Source of the DNA: a virus
Direction: 5' to 3' (one strand)
IMG/VR virus record: IMGVR_UViG_3300002060_000001
Coordinates: 1 to 64,000 of that record
Length of the DNA: 64,000 nt
Position 1 is the stretch's first letter. Each line of letters begins with the position of its first letter. The notes below the pieces were generated by a model that worked only from the letters and a program-made list of their open reading frames with translations, did no database searches and was not told where the DNA came from. The position numbers were made by a program, and so were the translations under genes. Below are positions 16,951 through 24,964 of the stretch, one piece after another.

Positions 16951-18639
16951 ATGCCTAGATTTGATGACGGGTTTAAAGAACAAATCCGTGATGCGGTCAG
17001 GGTCAGCCAGATAGTTGAAAAACATGTTAAGCTGAAACGGTCAGGCCGAGAACTTGTCGGCCTGTCCCCGTTCACGAATGAAAAAACCCCTAGCTTTTAT
17101 GTAAATGACGCGAAACAGTTCTATCACTGTTTTTCATCTGGGATGCACGGAGATGTGTTTGCCTTTGTGATGGAACTGCAGGGAATGACGTTTCCAGAGT
17201 CGGTTGAGTATCTCGCGGGCATAGCGGGGCTTGAGATGCCGTCCTATACGCCTCAACAGCGTCAACAGGACGACAGACGCAAGCTTTTATTTGCCGCGCT
17301 TAACGATGCACAGGACTTTTTTGTTCACTCATTAAAGAGTGAGGGAGCGGCTATCGCGCGTGAATACTTGGCTCACAGAAAGATTGATGAGGGTTCGGTG
17401 TCTAAATGGGGTCTGGGGTACGCGCCGCTCGTGTCCTCATCCCTGCCAAGCGCCCTAAAGAAACACAAAAAGGATATTTTGATTGAGGCGGGGCTTATCC
17501 GTGAAAACGCGCGCGGAACCTATGGGTTCTATCGTAACCGCCTGACATTCCCGATACGGGACAGGCAGGGCCGCGTCACATCATTCGGCGCCCGTGCGCT
17601 TGAGGATGATCAAAAACCCAAATATGTGAACGGTCAAGAAAGTCCGGTATTTAGTAAATCAAAGAACCTCTATGGCCTTAATGTATCGAGCGCCGCTATT
17701 GGTCTGAACCGTCAGGCGAACGGATTGATTTTGTCAGAGGGCTATCTTGATGTCATAGCCCTAGACCGCGCCGGAATACCACTGGGCGTCGCGCCATTAG
17801 GGACATCCGTGACAGACGATCACCTGACGGAACTCTGGAGATGGGGGCCGGAGCCTATTATTTGTCTTGATGGTGACAAGGCGGGTTATCGTGCTGCGGG
17901 AAAGATTATTGAAAAAACACTTCCCCGAATAGGCGGCGGGCGAACCGTTATGTTCGCAAGACTGCCGTCAGGACAAGACCCTGACGATGTTTTGCGTCAA
18001 GGCGGCCCTGAAGCTCTAAAAGCAATATTAAAATCCCCCGTCCCGATGCCTCGCCTGATATGGGAACGTGAACTTAATGTTGAGAGAACCGACACCCCAG
18101 AGCGGCGCGCGGCTTTTAAGGCGCGGCTTAATGAGCATACGGCGCTCATCAAAGACAAAGACACCGCCCGTCATTATCGGGACGCCTTCTATAGGTGGAC
18201 GCGGGATCACTACAGGCGAGGGCAGAAAAATGCATCCCAGTCACTGCAATCCGGCGGTGTCATAGGTCATAGGGGTCTTGGGATTTTAGTCAGTTGCATT
18301 GACAACCCGGAAATCCTTGAGGAAATTGATGAACAGTTAATCATGGCCGAGTGGTCTCCTGAATGTAAGGCTATTTTTGACCTATTGTTTTCAGCTTATA
18401 TGAACAATCTTGAAATCAATCGTGACGTTATAGTTGATGGACTTCTGGTTGATATGAACACAAACGCGGCTGATATTCTGGAATCATACCCGCGCGGAAA
18501 ACAGATAGAAAAAAACGGACATCAATGGCGTTCAATCATAGATTCTGTTTATCTCTTGCGGAAGGATGAGCATAAACCAAAGACCCTTGCGGACGCTATG
18601 CGGGAACAAGGCATCAGACGCAGAATAACAAAAAAATAA
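16951..18639 (+). CDS. dnaG: DnaG-type primase with a degenerate zinc-binding motif
   Basis: SPFTNEKTPSFYVNDAKQFYHCFSSGMHGDVF aligns to the canonical CPFHNEKTPSF...YHCFGCGAHG. TOPRIM motifs EGYLDVIAL and CLDGDKAGYRAA are present. Confidence 0.9.
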   Translation: MPRFDDGFKEQIRDAVRVSQIVEKHVKLKRSGRELVGLSPFTNEKTPSFYVNDAKQFYHCFSSGMHGDVFAFVMELQGMTFPESVEYLAGIAGLEMPSYTPQQRQQDDRRKLLFAALNDAQDFFVHSLKSEGAAIAREYLAHRKIDEGSVSKWGLGYAPLVSSSLPSALKKHKKDILIEAGLIRENARGTYGFYRNRLTFPIRDRQGRVTSFGARALEDDQKPKYVNGQESPVFSKSKNLYGLNVSSAAIGLNRQANGLILSEGYLDVIALDRAGIPLGVAPLGTSVTDDHLTELWRWGPEPIICLDGDKAGYRAAGKIIEKTLPRIGGGRTVMFARLPSGQDPDDVLRQGGPEALKAILKSPVPMPRLIWERELNVERTDTPERRAAFKARLNEHTALIKDKDTARHYRDAFYRWTRDHYRRGQKNASQSLQSGGVIGHRGLGILVSCIDNPEILEEIDEQLIMAEWSPECKAIFDLLFSAYMNNLEINRDVIVDGLLVDMNTNAADILESYPRGKQIEKNGHQWRSIIDSVYLLRKDEHKPKTLADAMREQGIRRRITKK

Positions 18640-18722
18640 GATTTTACTGGACTGCGGGACATTCGCGTGTATATGGTGAAAATCTATCAGGGCGATGAAG
18701 CCCACCTGATTTGGAGATCAAT
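18625..18722 (+). promoter_or_regulatory. Promoter/leader cassette, copy B
   Basis: ATAACAAAAAAATAAGAT-TTTA-CTGGACTGCGG-16 nt-TATATG-...-AGGGCGATGAAGCCCACC-TGATTT-GGAGAT-CAAT-ATG. Confidence 0.6.
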
Positions 18723-18974
18723 ATGAAAAACTGGACATTCACAACAGATTTCAAACATATCATCAAAGTTTTTGATGAAAACGGTGAATTATGCGCCGAC
18801 TTTTGTCGTGACAGCAAAGAGGATGCATTCCGTCTTTTCGTCTGCGGGATGCATAGGTCTGCGACTATCGGCGGTCAGCGCTTTAGTCTTACTCATAAAA
18901 AAACAGGGGAAAAGATCATAGACGGCGGTTTAATATTCCCTGCGAAAATAGATAAGGTTTTAGGATTGAAATGA
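18723..18974 (+). CDS. Hypothetical protein (83 aa)
   Basis: ATG at 18723, 6 nt after GGAG. The track ORF uses an upstream TTG. First gene after cassette B. Confidence 0.55.
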   Translation: MKNWTFTTDFKHIIKVFDENGELCADFCRDSKEDAFRLFVCGMHRSATIGGQRFSLTHKKTGEKIIDGGLIFPAKIDKVLGLK

Positions 18975-19216
18975 GCATCAAAACAGAAATGACCAAAGAT
19001 GAGTTTCTTGAACTTAGAACATCTTTAGGCCTGACCCGTGAAGAGGCGGCCCTTGTTTTAAATGTCAAGGTAGACACTCTGCGTAAATGGGATGGGAATA
19101 AAGACCGTCATCGGCCTATGGGGCCGCACCCAACTGCAGTTATGTACTTACAGGCTATCGCTAATAATCCTGATTTTATTCCGCCTTTCTGGCCTGAACG
19201 ATTACTGGAGGACTGA
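18971..19216 (+). CDS. XRE-like HTH protein
   Basis: EFLELRTSLGLTREEAALVLNVKVDTLRKWDGN is a classic HTH_XRE pattern. ATGA overlap with the upstream gene. Confidence 0.6.
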   Translation: MSIKTEMTKDEFLELRTSLGLTREEAALVLNVKVDTLRKWDGNKDRHRPMGPHPTAVMYLQAIANNPDFIPPFWPERLLED

Positions 19217-19217
19217 T

Positions 19218-19436
19218 ATGTCAAAAGAACAGCAGGTTTTTCTTAAGGTAAAAGATAGCTCTTCGACAAGAACTGTTGACTGGCCATTTCGTGAAATCCC
19301 TCAAATGGGTGACACGGTTTATGTTTTAGGTGTGGCTTATCGTGTCATCAATCGCGATTTTAGAACTGACGATATCGTTGATGAAGGCGGGGAGCCATCT
19401 GTCCGCATTAATGTCTGGATGGAACCATATAAATGA
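19218..19436 (+). CDS. Hypothetical protein (72 aa)
   Basis: ATG at 19218 with GGAG at 19207-19210 (MSKEQQVFLKV...). The longer track ORF 19092-19436 would overlap the previous gene. Confidence 0.5.
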   Translation: MSKEQQVFLKVKDSSSTRTVDWPFREIPQMGDTVYVLGVAYRVINRDFRTDDIVDEGGEPSVRINVWMEPYK

Positions 19437-21448
19437 AAGTCGGTTCAATATGTTCAGGGATAGAGGCCGCCAGTCAGGCCGCGCCTGATAATTGGGAGTT
19501 TGCCTTTTTTAGTGAAATTGAGAAGTTTCCGTCAGCGGTTCTGGCTCATCACTATCCTGACATCCCTAATCTCGGTGATTTTACAACTATCAAGGCGGGT
19601 GACTGGAAAGATGTCACGCTTCTGTGCGGCGGCCCGCCGTGTCAAACTTTCTCTATTGCGGGAAACCGTGGCGGTCTTAATGATGACCGTGGAAACTTAA
19701 CCCTTGAATACGTGAGGATGATGCATGACTTCGCAGACAATGGACTTATTTGGGGACTCTATGAGAACGTCCCCGGAATCTTGTCAGACAAAACAAATGC
19801 CTTCGGAAGTTTCCTTTCAGGAATTGTCGGTGGAGACGCTCCCTTATGTCCGCCCGACGCCACATGGGGTGAGCTCACAGACGATGACGGACAGCCACTT
19901 GGAACCTTTGGTTGGCAACAGATCAAATGGCCCAGTCAAGGTATGGTTGAGGGGCCACGGGCACGGGCGGCATGGGATGTTCTCGACGCTCAATGGTTCG
20001 GGTTGGCGCAACGACGCAAGCGTGTGTTTGTTGTCATCAGTTTTGCAAAAGACCGTGATCCCGCAAAAGTATTATTTGAGCGGAAAGGCGTGTTTGGGAA
20101 TACTCCGCCGAGCCGAAAAGCGGGACAAAGACTTACCGGAAAACCTATGGAGAGCTCTGGCGACAGTAGTAACAAAATCGGTGTTGATGGGGATAGGGAT
20201 AATGGCGAAAAAGATGAAATCTCAATTATAGACAGGGCCGCCTTTAACCAAGGGGCAAACGCCCTTTATGATCCTAAAATTGAGATAGGTGACTTGATGC
20301 CCGCTCTTGTCGCGCGCGGCCCCCACGCTGTCGGTCATAAAGAACCTGTCGGCGCTAGAATGGTAGCGTTTGGAGAGTATGAAATTGATGAAACAGCCTC
20401 AACTATAAAAGCCAGAGACTATAAAGATGCGACTGACCTTATAGCTTTTTCAGCTAAAGACTATGGCGGTGATGCCACCGAAAACCTAGCGCCGACAATG
20501 CGCGCGGGAAGCCATGATAAAAGTCACGCAAATAGCGGAAACTGGGTTGCTATAGCCGTTCAAGATGGACGTGAGATTGAAAAGAAGCAAAACGGGCTTG
20601 GTGTCAACACAGATAATATTGCCTATACTTTAGATAAAGCCGCAACCCAAGCAGTTGCATTTAAACCATCACATTATACTCGCGGAAAAGATGGTAAACC
20701 GTCAGAGATAACACCCCCCCTGACGGCTGACGCCGATAAAGGAGATCAAGACCCTGTTGTTTTAGCTCCAACACATCAAGAACCTTACACGCTTGAAATT
20801 AGGGGGCGTGATAGTGGCCGAGAACTTGAATATCGTGATGACGGAACGGCTAATTCACTGCGGGCCTCATCTGGCGGACGGGACGGAATGGGTGTCGGTG
20901 CTGTCGCATTTTCTCAAAACCTACGTGATGAAGTTCGACTGCAGGGCGGTGATGGTCAAATAGCGGGAGCGCTATCAGCAAGCCCCGGAATGAAACAGTG
21001 GACTTATATAGCCCAGACAGACAAAAAGCCTGTTTATGAGGTTCATGGGATGGATAGTAGGGTTTCTTTTTTAAGGGATGATTTATGCGGGACTGTCACC
21101 GCCAGATACGGAACAGGCGGAAACAATATTCCTATTACGCTTGACTATACCCCTTACGCAGTCCGGCGTCTGACGCCTGTTGAGTGTGAACGCCTTATGG
21201 GTTTCCCTGATAATTTCACCTTAATTGATTACACGAGCCGCGCGTCAGAGGTAAAGATTGCCGAAGACGTTGAACGGTATGCTATCAGAATGGGGTATGA
21301 TACGCAGGACGAAAATGTCATTCGTATGTTTATGTGTCCTGACGGCCCGCGCTATAAGGCTCTGGGTAACAGTTGGGCCGTTCCTGTTGTTAAATGGATA
21401 TTTGACCGGATAGAGGCGCAAGAATCAGCGCTGCGGGCGGCGGCATGA
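19433..21448 (+). CDS. Giant C5-cytosine DNA methyltransferase with an oversized variable region
   Basis: Motif I SICSGIEA, IV GGPPCQTFSIAG, VI ENVPG, VIII QRRKRVFVV. About 370 aa of variable region follow, then RRLTPVECERLMGFPDNFT and YKALGNSWAVPVVKWI (IX/X). Confidence 0.9.
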   Translation: MKVGSICSGIEAASQAAPDNWEFAFFSEIEKFPSAVLAHHYPDIPNLGDFTTIKAGDWKDVTLLCGGPPCQTFSIAGNRGGLNDDRGNLTLEYVRMMHDFADNGLIWGLYENVPGILSDKTNAFGSFLSGIVGGDAPLCPPDATWGELTDDDGQPLGTFGWQQIKWPSQGMVEGPRARAAWDVLDAQWFGLAQRRKRVFVVISFAKDRDPAKVLFERKGVFGNTPPSRKAGQRLTGKPMESSGDSSNKIGVDGDRDNGEKDEISIIDRAAFNQGANALYDPKIEIGDLMPALVARGPHAVGHKEPVGARMVAFGEYEIDETASTIKARDYKDATDLIAFSAKDYGGDATENLAPTMRAGSHDKSHANSGNWVAIAVQDGREIEKKQNGLGVNTDNIAYTLDKAATQAVAFKPSHYTRGKDGKPSEITPPLTADADKGDQDPVVLAPTHQEPYTLEIRGRDSGRELEYRDDGTANSLRASSGGRDGMGVGAVAFSQNLRDEVRLQGGDGQIAGALSASPGMKQWTYIAQTDKKPVYEVHGMDSRVSFLRDDLCGTVTARYGTGGNNIPITLDYTPYAVRRLTPVECERLMGFPDNFTLIDYTSRASEVKIAEDVERYAIRMGYDTQDENVIRMFMCPDGPRYKALGNSWAVPVVKWIFDRIEAQESALRAAA

Positions 21449-22047
21449 TTTATACAGATTTCAGCAAAATACCGCTCTTTGGTTATAATATGATTATGGC
21501 TGATCCGCCTTGGGAATTTAAACTGCGGTCAGACAAAGGTGAGGATAAAAGCCCTCAAGCACAATATAACTGCATGCCGCTTGATGAAATCTGCTCAATG
21601 AATGTGGCTGATCTGGCGGCGGGGAATTGCCTCTTATGGCTCTGGGTCACGAACCCGATGATTGATCAAGGGCTTGATGTTTTGAGGGCTTGGGGCTTTC
21701 AATTCAAAACGGCCGGCACTTGGGTCAAGATGTCAAAGTCCTGGACCGCCGACGGATGGAAAGACGGCAAAGAGCCTAAATTGAATTTCGGGACAGGTTA
21801 TATTTTGCGTTCAGCAAATGAACCGTTTCTTATCGGGACAATGGGGGATAACGATACAAGCAAATCCGTCCGTTCAGCCATAAGGGGTGCAGTTAGGGAA
21901 CATAGTCGCAAGCCCGATGAGGCGTACCGCGAGGCCGAGCGTCTTTTACCGAGCGCTTATAGGCTTGATATGTTTAGCCGTGAGGAACGGCAGGGATGGG
22001 ATTCTTTTGGTTTTGAAGCAGGGAAGTTCAATGAAAAAATGCAATAA
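21445..22047 (+). CDS. MT-A70 family N6-adenine methyltransferase
   Basis: IMADPPWEF catalytic motif and CLLWLWVTNPM...WGFQFKT...HSRKPDE. 200 aa. Confidence 0.85.
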   Translation: MIYTDFSKIPLFGYNMIMADPPWEFKLRSDKGEDKSPQAQYNCMPLDEICSMNVADLAAGNCLLWLWVTNPMIDQGLDVLRAWGFQFKTAGTWVKMSKSWTADGWKDGKEPKLNFGTGYILRSANEPFLIGTMGDNDTSKSVRSAIRGAVREHSRKPDEAYREAERLLPSAYRLDMFSREERQGWDSFGFEAGKFNEKMQ

Positions 22048-22612
22048 ATGCGGGGTAGAAAAGCCTAACACTTCAGAGTTTTTTGCAAAAAACAAAACTT
22101 GTGTTGGGGGGCTAACAAGCACTTGCAAAAAATGCATTAATTACAGAACAAGCCAGTGGAAAAAAGAAAACAAAATTAAAATTACTGACTCTGAAGACTA
22201 TCATAAAAAAGCAAGAGAAAGAACCCAAAGACGGACAAAATGGTTAGCTGAAAATGAACCTATCGTCTATCAAGCGAAGGCATTACTGACCTCTCTGGGA
22301 GATCGCTGTAATAAAAACAATTTATTCCGTGATGATGTTTTTAAAACAAGAAAATATATTGCCGAATGGCTTGAGCGACAACCTAACTGTGAGTGCTGTA
22401 ACGTAAAGTTCAGCATAGGAAAAAAAGACAAAGGCAGGGCCCTTGATTCATCTCCCAGTTTAGACCGTTTCAATTTAAAGATAGGATACACTAAGGAAAA
22501 CACAAAACTGATATGTTGGCGCTGCAATAATATCAAAAGGAACTACACCCAACACGACCTCAAGCTAGTAGCGGAATGGATGGATAAGGTGGAGATTATT
22601 GATGAAAAATAA
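22031..22612 (+). CDS. HNH / endonuclease VII-like (His-Me finger) nuclease
   Basis: ATG at 22031 with a GGGAAG SD. N-terminal CNKCG...CKKC Zn finger; C-terminal CECC...SPSLDRFNLKIGYTKENTKLICWRCNNIKRN. Markedly AT-rich. Confidence 0.65.
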   Translation: MKKCNKCGVEKPNTSEFFAKNKTCVGGLTSTCKKCINYRTSQWKKENKIKITDSEDYHKKARERTQRRTKWLAENEPIVYQAKALLTSLGDRCNKNNLFRDDVFKTRKYIAEWLERQPNCECCNVKFSIGKKDKGRALDSSPSLDRFNLKIGYTKENTKLICWRCNNIKRNYTQHDLKLVAEWMDKVEIIDEK

Positions 22613-22967
22613 TCTTTCTAAGCGTGAATCTCTTAAAATATGGCACGAGGTCACAACTCATATCGTCAAAGAAAAAATAATCGATTTAAGTAATCGGCAG
22701 CTTTTTATTATTCTGGAAATCTATCTCTTTGACGGGCCGCATACGATTAAATCTCTGTCAGCATCAATGAACACTAGCAAGGCGGTTGTCGTGAGGGCTG
22801 TCGATACGTTGAGCCAAATAAACTTTTTAAAGAGACGGCCAGACCCTCGTGACAGGAGATCTGTTTTAATCGTGAGAACCGCGCAAGGATCAATTTATGT
22901 GAACTCACTTGGCGACCTCATATCTCAAAAAATGAACCTTAAAGATGATGAAAAGGGACAGCTATGA
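22602..22967 (+). CDS. MarR-family winged-helix regulator
   Basis: LSNRQLFIILEIY...HTIKSLSASMNTSKAVVVRAVDTLSQINFLKRRPDPRDRRSVLIVRTAQG is the MarR hallmark. Confidence 0.75.
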   Translation: MKNNLSKRESLKIWHEVTTHIVKEKIIDLSNRQLFIILEIYLFDGPHTIKSLSASMNTSKAVVVRAVDTLSQINFLKRRPDPRDRRSVLIVRTAQGSIYVNSLGDLISQKMNLKDDEKGQL

Positions 22968-23299
22968 CGATTACATATGATCCTAAAAAATGGACAGGGC
23001 GTTCTTGTCAGCGCTTTTTCCCTGTCCGGTTTAGAATAGGATTTGATCATCTGACCTTTTGTTATGGTCTGTTTTTCAGCGCCTTTCCCCGCCGGCGGGA
23101 TGAGATCAGAATAGGTGAACATATATTCAAATTCAGGATTAGAATTTTAATTAAAAAACCCGTCTGGCTTGTGATGAAATATGTTGAGGGTGACACTAAC
23201 GGCGGCGCCTATCAGGCCATTATAGACATTCCCGACACCATAAGAACATGGCGGGCTCACCGTTATCTCCGCAAACAATGGAAAAGAAAGGGTTTGTAA
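22964..23299 (+). CDS. Hypothetical basic protein (111 aa)
   Basis: ATGA overlap with the marR-like stop. The next ATG lies 2 nt after its own stop. Rich in R/K/F. No family recognised. Confidence 0.45.
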   Translation: MTITYDPKKWTGRSCQRFFPVRFRIGFDHLTFCYGLFFSAFPRRRDEIRIGEHIFKFRIRILIKKPVWLVMKYVEGDTNGGAYQAIIDIPDTIRTWRAHRYLRKQWKRKGL

Positions 23300-23300
23300 A

Positions 23301-24962
23301 ATGGCCGAAAGTGAATTGATTAAAAAACACCCCGTTCCCGATGAGGCTCTTGACGGCGATATCATAATCCTAGCCAAAAAAGGCGCGGGAAAGACTGTCA
23401 CGGGCAAGAACATCGTTGAGGATTTATTGTCTCAAGGTGAACAGGTTGTCGTCATAGACCCTCTATCTGTCTGGTGGGGGCTGAAATCAAGCCCTGACGG
23501 TAAATCTGACGGATTTCCGATAGCTATATTCGGCGGCCCGCGTGGTGACGTACCGCTAAACCTAGACGCCGCTATCCCTTTAGCGAAAACGCTTGTCAAA
23601 AATAACCTTCCGGCGGTCATTGATTTGTCTGAATGGCTTGAGGAGGATCAGTCCTCATTCCTATCAGGGTTCTTGTCTGAAATCTATCAGGGCAATAAAA
23701 AGCCGATATGGATAGTTCTTGAGGAGGCGCATGAGTTTGCGCCCCAGACGGCAAATAGCGGTCAACAACATGCCTGTCTGGCTATGGTTCGCCGGATAGC
23801 CAAAGGCGGACGGTCAAAAGGCATTCGTCTCATAGCTATTACGCAACGGAACGCTGAATTGCACAAATCAATCGTCAGCGGCGCGAGTACCGTCATCGCA
23901 ATGAAAACAACCGCCCCGCTTGATCAAGCCCCCATCCTGACGTGGTTCAAGGGTAACGGGGACAAAGAGTTCTCGGCTAAGGTCAAAGACGGTCTGGGTA
24001 AACTTAAACGAGGCGAGGCCTTTATAGGCGCTGCGGATCAGGACTTTTTTGAGAAGGTTCAGTTTCCCCTTAACGGTACGTTTGACAGTTCATCAACCCC
24101 CAAGCGTGGCGAGACGCGCGATGAGCCCACGACACTGGCTAAGATTGACCTGACGGACATCAAAGAGGCTTTAAAGCCCAAAGAGGAACCCAAGCCTGAA
24201 AAGACCGTCAGCGCGGGTTCAGCATCGGCCTCGCAGTTGAAAGCTGAATATGAACGCGGAAAGTCTGACGCCGAGGCCGCGTCTAAACAGGACATTCGTG
24301 TCGGAAAAGATATAGCCTTTCAAAGAGGCCGTGCGTTCGGCCATAAGGAGTGCCTTGAAAATTTAAAGGTTCTGACGGATGAGCCTCAACCTTATTCCCC
24401 TTATGATAGTGAGGAGATCACCTCTCCCATCATTTATGGTGAGATTAAAACTGGAACTGTTATGGTTTCAGATGAAATTATGGGTCTGACGGTTGATGTC
24501 AAAACCTTTGATAAGAAAGTCCCAACATCAAACAGTAAAAAGAACGTATTGGTCCGGGCCGCGGAACGGGTCTATCCTGCTAAACTTACATGGTCAGCGT
24601 TATGCGCGACGGACGGGCGGAAATCACGCGGCGGACATTTTAACGGACTTAAAAAGAAAGCGCTCGATAGCGGACTGATACGGGATGAGGGCGGCCTTGT
24701 CGTCCTGACTTATAATCCACTGCCCCCCGGCGCAGAAAATCGGCCGGCGGCTGATCTGCTTGAGGAAAAACTCCCGCAACCCGCCCGAAAGATGTTCAGC
24801 GCTATCAGGCGTCATCCTCAACGTACTTGGGAGGAGATAGCCGAAATATTAGAGGTTCAGCCTCGCGGCGGACACTGGAATAGCGGACGCGCCGTTTTAA
24901 GAAACAGCAATCTTATAGATGAGAGAGGAAATTCTGTTCAAATACATCCAGATTTGACTTGA
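23301..24962 (+). CDS. HerA/FtsK-superfamily (DUF87-like) P-loop ATPase fused to two C-terminal wHTH-like repeats
   Basis: Walker A AKKGAGKTVTG, VVVIDPLSVWWGL, Walker B IWIVLEEAHEFAP, GGRSKGIRLIAITQRN. The C-terminus carries two similar modules with RGGHFNG and RGGHWNSG. Confidence 0.7.
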   Translation: MAESELIKKHPVPDEALDGDIIILAKKGAGKTVTGKNIVEDLLSQGEQVVVIDPLSVWWGLKSSPDGKSDGFPIAIFGGPRGDVPLNLDAAIPLAKTLVKNNLPAVIDLSEWLEEDQSSFLSGFLSEIYQGNKKPIWIVLEEAHEFAPQTANSGQQHACLAMVRRIAKGGRSKGIRLIAITQRNAELHKSIVSGASTVIAMKTTAPLDQAPILTWFKGNGDKEFSAKVKDGLGKLKRGEAFIGAADQDFFEKVQFPLNGTFDSSSTPKRGETRDEPTTLAKIDLTDIKEALKPKEEPKPEKTVSAGSASASQLKAEYERGKSDAEAASKQDIRVGKDIAFQRGRAFGHKECLENLKVLTDEPQPYSPYDSEEITSPIIYGEIKTGTVMVSDEIMGLTVDVKTFDKKVPTSNSKKNVLVRAAERVYPAKLTWSALCATDGRKSRGGHFNGLKKKALDSGLIRDEGGLVVLTYNPLPPGAENRPAADLLEEKLPQPARKMFSAIRRHPQRTWEEIAEILEVQPRGGHWNSGRAVLRNSNLIDERGNSVQIHPDLT

Positions 24963-24964
24963 GA

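Noticed and set aside
18723-19216. The 83-aa ORF plus the XRE-like HTH protein as a toxin-antitoxin pair.
   Set aside because: The upstream protein shows no RelE/HigB/ParE-type features that I can recognise. Gene order and size alone are insufficient.
19725-20231. 168-aa alternative-frame ORF inside the C5-methyltransferase gene. Similar cases are 15803-16131 and 7117-7389.
   Set aside because: Embedded in genes with intact catalytic motifs in the annotated frame. There is no independent start context.
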